Below are positions 59,601 through 64,000 of a stretch of DNA of 64,000 nucleotides, in pieces. A program made the translations under genes and the position numbers. A model generated the notes under the pieces. It saw only the letters and a list, made by a program, of their open reading frames with translations, was not told the origin of the DNA and did not search any database. The stretch is from the NCBI GenBank assembly GCA_044229975.1, contig JBGARZ010000004.1:32001-96000 (forward strand). Direction: 5' to 3'. The DNA comes from Polyangiales bacterium. GTDB lineage: Bacteria; Myxococcota_A; Polyangia; Polyangiales; Ga0077539. Each line of letters begins with the position of its first letter. Within the stretch, counting starts at the first letter, position 1.

Positions 59601-62375
59601 TGCCGCGACCTCGGCAGCGACCTCAACCACTGCGGGGCGTGCGGTCGGGCGTGCGCGGCGGGCCAGGTGTGCTCGGCGGGCGTGTGCACGGTGTCGTGCG
59701 GCGCGGGCACGACCAACTGCTCGGGCGTGTGCCGCGACCTCGGCAGCGACACCAACCACTGCGGCGCGTGCGGCCGCGGGTGCGCCTCCGGGCAGGTGTG
59801 CTCGGCGGGGGTGTGCACGGTGTCGTGCGGCAGCGGGACGAGCAACTGCTCGGGCGTGTGTCGCGACCTCCAGACCGACCTGGCCAACTGCGGCGCGTGC
59901 GGCCGCGGGTGCGCCGCGGGTCAGGTGTGCTCGGCCGGGACCTGCGCCGTGTCGTGCGGCGCCGGGACGAGCAACTGCTCGGGCGTGTGTCGTGACCTCC
60001 AGACCGACAACAACAACTGCGGGGCGTGCGCGCGGACGTGCGCGTCGGGTCAGACCTGCTCGGCGGGCGTGTGCGTGGTGTCGTGCGCGGCGGGGCAGAC
60101 CAACTGCTCGGGTTCGTGCCGCGACACCCAGACGGACAACAACCACTGCGGCGGCTGCGGTCGGGTCTGCGCCGCGGGCACGGTGTGCGCCGCCGGGGCG
60201 TGCACGGTGTCGTGCGGCGCGGGGGCGACCAACTGCTCGGGCGTGTGTCGCACCCTCGCGACGGACAACAACCACTGCGGCGCGTGCGGCACCGTCTGCC
60301 CGGCGGGGCAGGTGTGCTCGGCGAGCGCGTGCGCGGTGTCGTGCGGGAGCGGGACGACCAACTGCTCGGGCTCGTGCCGCAACCTCCAGACGGACAACAC
60401 CAACTGCGGGATGTGCGGTCGCATCTGCGGGGCGGGCACGGCCTGCACCGCGGGGACGTGCACCGTCACCTGCGCGACGGGGCAGACCAACTGCTCGGGC
60501 GTGTGCCGCAACCTCCAGACGGACAACACCAACTGCGGCGGGTGCGGGACGATCTGCCCGTCGGGGCAGGTGTGCTCGGCGGGGACGTGTTCGGTGTCGT
60601 GCGGGAGCGGGACGACCAACTGCTCGGGGACGTGCCGCAACCTCCTCACGGACAACGCCAACTGCGGCGCCTGCGGAACGGTCTGCGCGGCGGGCACGGC
60701 GTGCACCGCGGGCGTGTGCACGGTGACCTGCGTGACGGGCACCACCAACTGCTCGGGCTCGTGCCGCAACCTCCTCACGGACAACAGCCACTGCGGCGGC
60801 TGCGGCGTGGTGTGCGCGGCGGGGACGGCCTGCTCGGCGGGCGTGTGCACGGTGACCTGCGCGGCGGGGCAGACCAACTGCTCGGGCGTGTGCCGCGACC
60901 TCGCGACCAACAACAACCACTGCGGCGCGTGCGGGCGGGTCTGCCCGTCGGGCCAGGTGTGCTCGGCCGGGATGTGCACCGTCACCTGCGTGGGTGGCAC
61001 CACCAACTGCTCGGGCGTGTGCCGCACGCTCTCGACGGACAACACCAACTGCGGCGCCTGCGGGACGGTGTGTCCGTCGGGCCAGGTGTGCTCGGCGGGC
61101 GCGTGCGGCGTGTCGTGCAGCGCGGGGCAGACCTTCTGTGGGGGCGTCTGCCGCGACCTGACGAGCGACAACCTCAACTGCGGGATGTGCTCGCGGGTCT
61201 GCGCCGCGGGCACGGTCTGCTCGGCGGGCACGTGCACCGTGTCGTGCGCGTCGGGCACCACCAACTGCTCGGGCGTGTGCCGCGACCTCACCAACGACAA
61301 CAACAACTGCGGCGCCTGCGGGACGGTCTGCGCCGCAGGCCGCGTCTGCTCGGGGAGCGCGTGCGTGGTGTCGTGCAGCGCGGGGACGACCAACTGCTCG
61401 GGGGTGTGCCGCTCGCTCACCAACGACAACAACAACTGCGGCTCGTGCGGCAACGTCTGCGCGGCGGGCCGCATCTGCTCGGGCAGCGCGTGCGTGGTGT
61501 CGTGCGGCGCGGGGCTCACCAACTGCTCGGGCGTGTGCCGTGACCTCACCACGGACAACAACAACTGCTCGGCGTGCGGGACGGTCTGCGCGGCGGGTCA
61601 GATCTGCTCGGGCAGCGCGTGCAACGTCACCTGCGGCGCGGGCACCACCAACTGCTCGGGCGTGTGCCGATCGCTCACCAGCGACAACGCCAACTGCGGC
61701 GCGTGCGGCAACGTCTGCCCGTCGGGCACCTCGTGCTCGGGCAGCGCGTGCGTGACGTCGTGCGCGGCGGGGCTGAGCAACTGCTCGGGGGTGTGCCGCG
61801 ACCTGAGCAACGACAACACCAACTGCGGGGTGTGCGCGCGGGTCTGCCCGTCGGGGCAGCTCTGCTCGGGCGGGACCTGCGGGGTGTCGTGCGCGGGCGG
61901 CACCACCAACTGCTCGGGCGTGTGCCGCGACCTCCAGAACGACAACACGCACTGCGGCGCGTGCGGCACCACCTGCGCGACGGGCACGGCCTGCGCGGCG
62001 GGCACCTGCGTGGGCCAGGGGACGCTGCGGTTCACGCTGACCTGGAGCGTGCCGGGGGACATGGACCTGCACGTGCTGCCGCCCTGCGGGACGGAGATCT
62101 TCTACAACCGTCTCACGGCCTGCGGCGGCACCCTGGACGTCGACAACACCACCACCCAGGGGCCGGAGAACATCTTCTGGCCGTCGACCTTCACGCCGGG
62201 CCGCTACTACATCTGCCCCGAGGCGTTTACGAGCGCGGTCGCCAACGCCACCTGGACCCTCGTGGTGGTGCGCGGCGGCGTGGAGGTGTCCCGCCTCACC
62301 GGCACCCGCGGTCGCACCGACGGCAACACGGCGTGCAACGCGTCGTTTCCGGGCGTGATCGCGCTCGACCTGTAA
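56601..62375 (+). CDS. Giant Cys-rich tandem-repeat lipoprotein (MXAN_6577/Stig1-like repeats) with a YfaP/DUF2135-like C-terminal domain
   Basis: Lipobox LVGC; DxxNCGACG repeats; LRFTLTW...DMDLHV...LDVD...GPENIFW. Confidence 0.9.
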   Translation: MRSTRASFLLWAAALAALVGCDGLSVVGAPPSHDAATSDVVSTLDATADGGVSCPQPLIACSGRCSNPQLDRENCGGCGLTCATGEVCQNAACVPDCTAGERLCAGGGGDAGTALRCTSLQTDRMNCGTCNTVCGTDQVCAGGMCTFMCTGVTTECMGVTSMDGGATRYCANLANDRANCGACGNTCQEGYVCREGACHIRCASELLTGCATTGAPDAGPGGGNEVCADTTNDLRHCGACGNACPFGQFCVRGVCGTTCGAGFTDCMGVCRDLTSDRAACGACGNACGSGEVCTAGACTVSCGAGLVACDGVCRDTQSDNVNCGACGTRCAPGQVCSRGMCQVSCGAGLSECSGVCRDLTADLAHCGTCTTACSSGQVCSSGACRVSCAAGTNNCDGVCRDLQTDNGNCGACGTTCPSGTVCSSGACQVSCIAGTTDCGGVCRDLQTDNNHCAACGVACPSGQVCSRGACVVSCGSGLSNCAGTCRDLATDNNNCGGCATVCPAGQLCSAGMCRVSCGAGNTECSGVCRDLGSDNNNCGTCGNACPSGTVCSRGTCNVSCGAGLSNCDGVCRDLRTDLNHCGGCGTVCAGGQVCSAGVCTVSCGSGLTSCSGVCRDLTDDRQNCGACGVACGAGQICTSGVCTVSCPAGQVNCSGTCRELDTDRLNCGACGVVCASGQVCSRGSCAVSCAAGTTSCSGVCRDLQTDNNNCGVCGIGCAAGRICSAGVCTVSCGAGTTNCSGVCRDLQTDNAHCGACGRGCASGQLCSRGVCQVSCGAGTTDCSGVCRDLTTDPNNCGACGTTCLPGTVCSSGTCTVSCGAGLTNCSGVCRDRGSDNNNCGTCGNVCPAGSVCSGGACAVTCVAGTTSCSGVCRDLTTDLNNCGTCGRACAAGQVCSAGACTVSCGAGTANCSGVCRELSTDRLNCGACGNACGSGRICVSGVCTVSCPAGQVDCSGTCRELDTDRSNCGACGITCSAGQVCSRGTCTVSCAGGTVDCSGVCRDLGSDLNHCGACGRACAAGQVCSAGVCTVSCGAGTTNCSGVCRDLGSDTNHCGACGRGCASGQVCSAGVCTVSCGSGTSNCSGVCRDLQTDLANCGACGRGCAAGQVCSAGTCAVSCGAGTSNCSGVCRDLQTDNNNCGACARTCASGQTCSAGVCVVSCAAGQTNCSGSCRDTQTDNNHCGGCGRVCAAGTVCAAGACTVSCGAGATNCSGVCRTLATDNNHCGACGTVCPAGQVCSASACAVSCGSGTTNCSGSCRNLQTDNTNCGMCGRICGAGTACTAGTCTVTCATGQTNCSGVCRNLQTDNTNCGGCGTICPSGQVCSAGTCSVSCGSGTTNCSGTCRNLLTDNANCGACGTVCAAGTACTAGVCTVTCVTGTTNCSGSCRNLLTDNSHCGGCGVVCAAGTACSAGVCTVTCAAGQTNCSGVCRDLATNNNHCGACGRVCPSGQVCSAGMCTVTCVGGTTNCSGVCRTLSTDNTNCGACGTVCPSGQVCSAGACGVSCSAGQTFCGGVCRDLTSDNLNCGMCSRVCAAGTVCSAGTCTVSCASGTTNCSGVCRDLTNDNNNCGACGTVCAAGRVCSGSACVVSCSAGTTNCSGVCRSLTNDNNNCGSCGNVCAAGRICSGSACVVSCGAGLTNCSGVCRDLTTDNNNCSACGTVCAAGQICSGSACNVTCGAGTTNCSGVCRSLTSDNANCGACGNVCPSGTSCSGSACVTSCAAGLSNCSGVCRDLSNDNTNCGVCARVCPSGQLCSGGTCGVSCAGGTTNCSGVCRDLQNDNTHCGACGTTCATGTACAAGTCVGQGTLRFTLTWSVPGDMDLHVLPPCGTEIFYNRLTACGGTLDVDNTTTQGPENIFWPSTFTPGRYYICPEAFTSAVANATWTLVVVRGGVEVSRLTGTRGRTDGNTACNASFPGVIALDL
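57408..62012 (+). repeat. 36 units of a 129-bp (43-aa, 8-Cys) coding repeat; last unit partial
   Basis: First and last CRDL codons at 57408 and 61923 are exactly 35 x 129 bp apart. Confidence 0.9.
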
Positions 62376-62557
62376 ACCCGGCTCTTCCCCGCCGGACGGA
62401 TGTCCTGGCGCTCCTATCGACCGACTCGATTTGTGAGTGACGACCCGCCGGGCGGTTGGGTTATCGTCGCCAGCCCCGCAATCCTCCCGTTTGATCATCG
62501 TCGCGGCGCTTCGGGGAAGGAGAGCCGCGACGCCCGCCTGCAAGGACCTGACGCCCG

Positions 62558-64000
62558 ATGAGCACGCACGCCGATCACGAGGAAGTTCTCCGCAGCGCCC
62601 TGAACACCGTCGCGCAGGACCCGACGAGCGACGCCGGCTGGGACGCCGCCGAGGCGAGCGCCCGCGCGCTGCAACGCCCCGACGAGGTGATCGAGCGCTA
62701 CCGCGAGGCCCTCGCCCGCACCGACGCGCCGGGCCTCGCCTCGAAGCTGGGCGAGCGCGCGCTGGCCTTCCTCGAAGAGTGGTCGGGCGACGCCGCGGCG
62801 CGCGTGGCCGTCCTCGACGCCGTGCTCACCGCCGACCCCAACGCCGCGTGGGCCTTCGAGCGCCTCACGATGCTGCACACCGTCGAAGAGCGCTGGGGTG
62901 ATCTGCTCTCCCTCTACGACCGCACCCTCGCGGCCACACCCGCCGACGACGTCGCCCGCCGTCGCTCGCTGCTCGTCGAGGCCTCCAACGTCGCCCGCGA
63001 GTTTGCCGCGCAGCCCGACCGCGCCGCGCAGTACCTCGAAGCGCTCTTCGCGCTCGACCCCACCGAGCCGCAGACCGCCCGCGCCCTCGAACGCCTCTAC
63101 GAGCGCCAGGGCCGCCACCGCGACCTCATCGCCCTCTGGTCGGCGCGCCTCGGGCACATCTCCCGCGACGCCCAGCGCGCCCAGCGCGCCCGCATCGCCG
63201 CCCTCTACCTCGACGCCCTCCACGACCCGTCGGGCGCGCTGCACACCGCCACCGCCATGCTCGACGCGGGCGGCGACCGCTCCGACGCGTGGTCCGTTCT
63301 CGAACGCCTCGGCGCCTCGGACGACCCGACCGTGACCCGCCAGGCGCTCGGTCTCTTGCGCGTCGAGTACGACCAGGCCGCGCGCGTCGACGACGTGCTG
63401 CGCGTGCTGCACCGCAGCCTCGAAGTGTCGGCGGGCGACGACGACGCCCCCACGCTGCGCGAGCTCTCCGACCGCCTGCGCGCCCTCGGCCGCGAGCCCG
63501 AGGCGATGCCGCACCTCGCGCGGCTGCTGCTCCTGTCCCCGCTCTCCGACGCGGCCCTCGACGAGCTCACCGCCGCCGCCGGACGCACCGATCGTCACGA
63601 TGTTCTGGTCGAGGCCCTCGCGGGCGCGGCCCACTCGCTCGACGCCAACGCCCTCGACCGCAAGCTGGCGCTGCTCGTTCGGGCCGCGGAGGTTCGCGCC
63701 GCGGTGCTCGACGACGCGCCGGGCGCCGTGGCCCTCTACCGCGAGGTGCTCGACGCGCCGGGCGTCTCCTCCGCGCTGGCCCTGCGCTGCGCGCGCGCCC
63801 TGGAGGCGCTGCTCGCCGGGTCGTCCGATGAGGGTGCGCGCCTCGACGCGCTGGAGGCCGTGGCCCGGCTCGAAGACACCGTCGACGCGCAGGTGGAGGC
63901 GTGGGCCCGCGCCGCGACGCTGGCGCAGTCGCTGGGTCTCCTCGACCGCGCGGTGGCCGGCTGGCGCGCGCGGCTCAGCCTCTCGGCGGGTGATCCGACC
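62558..64000 (+). CDS. Large TPR-repeat protein (myxobacterial type), runs off the window
   Basis: ORF MSTHADHEEVLRSAL... with DP...AFERL and ALERLYERQGR TPR motifs; AAGGA RBS; probably absent from the ORF track because it has no stop within the window. Confidence 0.85.
   Translation, partial: MSTHADHEEVLRSALNTVAQDPTSDAGWDAAEASARALQRPDEVIERYREALARTDAPGLASKLGERALAFLEEWSGDAAARVAVLDAVLTADPNAAWAFERLTMLHTVEERWGDLLSLYDRTLAATPADDVARRRSLLVEASNVAREFAAQPDRAAQYLEALFALDPTEPQTARALERLYERQGRHRDLIALWSARLGHISRDAQRAQRARIAALYLDALHDPSGALHTATAMLDAGGDRSDAWSVLERLGASDDPTVTRQALGLLRVEYDQAARVDDVLRVLHRSLEVSAGDDDAPTLRELSDRLRALGREPEAMPHLARLLLLSPLSDAALDELTAAAGRTDRHDVLVEALAGAAHSLDANALDRKLALLVRAAEVRAAVLDDAPGAVALYREVLDAPGVSSALALRCARALEALLAGSSDEGARLDALEAVARLEDTVDAQVEAWARAATLAQSLGLLDRAVAGWRARLSLSAGDPT

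Noticed and set aside
57408..62012. CRISPR array
   Set aside because: The 129-bp period is in frame within one ORF; there is no repeat/unique-spacer alternation.
58017..62543. 1508-aa minus-strand ORF (also 1718-3226, 8940-10619, 23571-25670, 32591-34534, 42239-44557 and others)
   Set aside because: Antisense or off-frame shadows of high-GC genes; Arg/Ala-rich with no motifs.

Overview
High-GC bacterial window, most consistent with Myxococcota/Polyangiales (MYXO-CTERM-like tails, many Cys-rich lipoproteins). Core genes (rho, hppA, prfC) are interleaved with accessory, conflict-type loci. The window opens with a DUF262-DUF1524 (GmrSD-like) restriction gene split by a complete 2659-bp IS66 element with an 8-bp target duplication, followed by a PD-(D/E)XK/Rpn-like gene with an internal RBS. 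The best candidate for an undescribed system is a minus-strand operon: DUF3800 RNase H-fold protein / ECF-like sigma factor / unknown protein / ATPase-less Lon protease with a TPR-like tail / membrane-anchored DUF4145-FGE protein. It resembles CRISPR protease-antisigma-sigma cascades, but no cas genes are present in the window. Divergent from it lies a GT-GT-kinase-methyltransferase fusion / SLOG / deacetylase operon. Further right are a teneurin-like Rhs toxin with its putative immunity gene and a deleted orphan copy, an MNT-HEPN pair, two nonsense-interrupted pseudogenes, a lipoprotein Fam20C-like kinase, a perfect 102-bp inverted repeat whose inner units look like CRISPR repeats, and a lipoprotein with 36 exact 129-bp Cys-rich repeats. 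No rRNA, tRNA or true CRISPR array was seen. All family calls come from motif recognition by eye, not from database searches.
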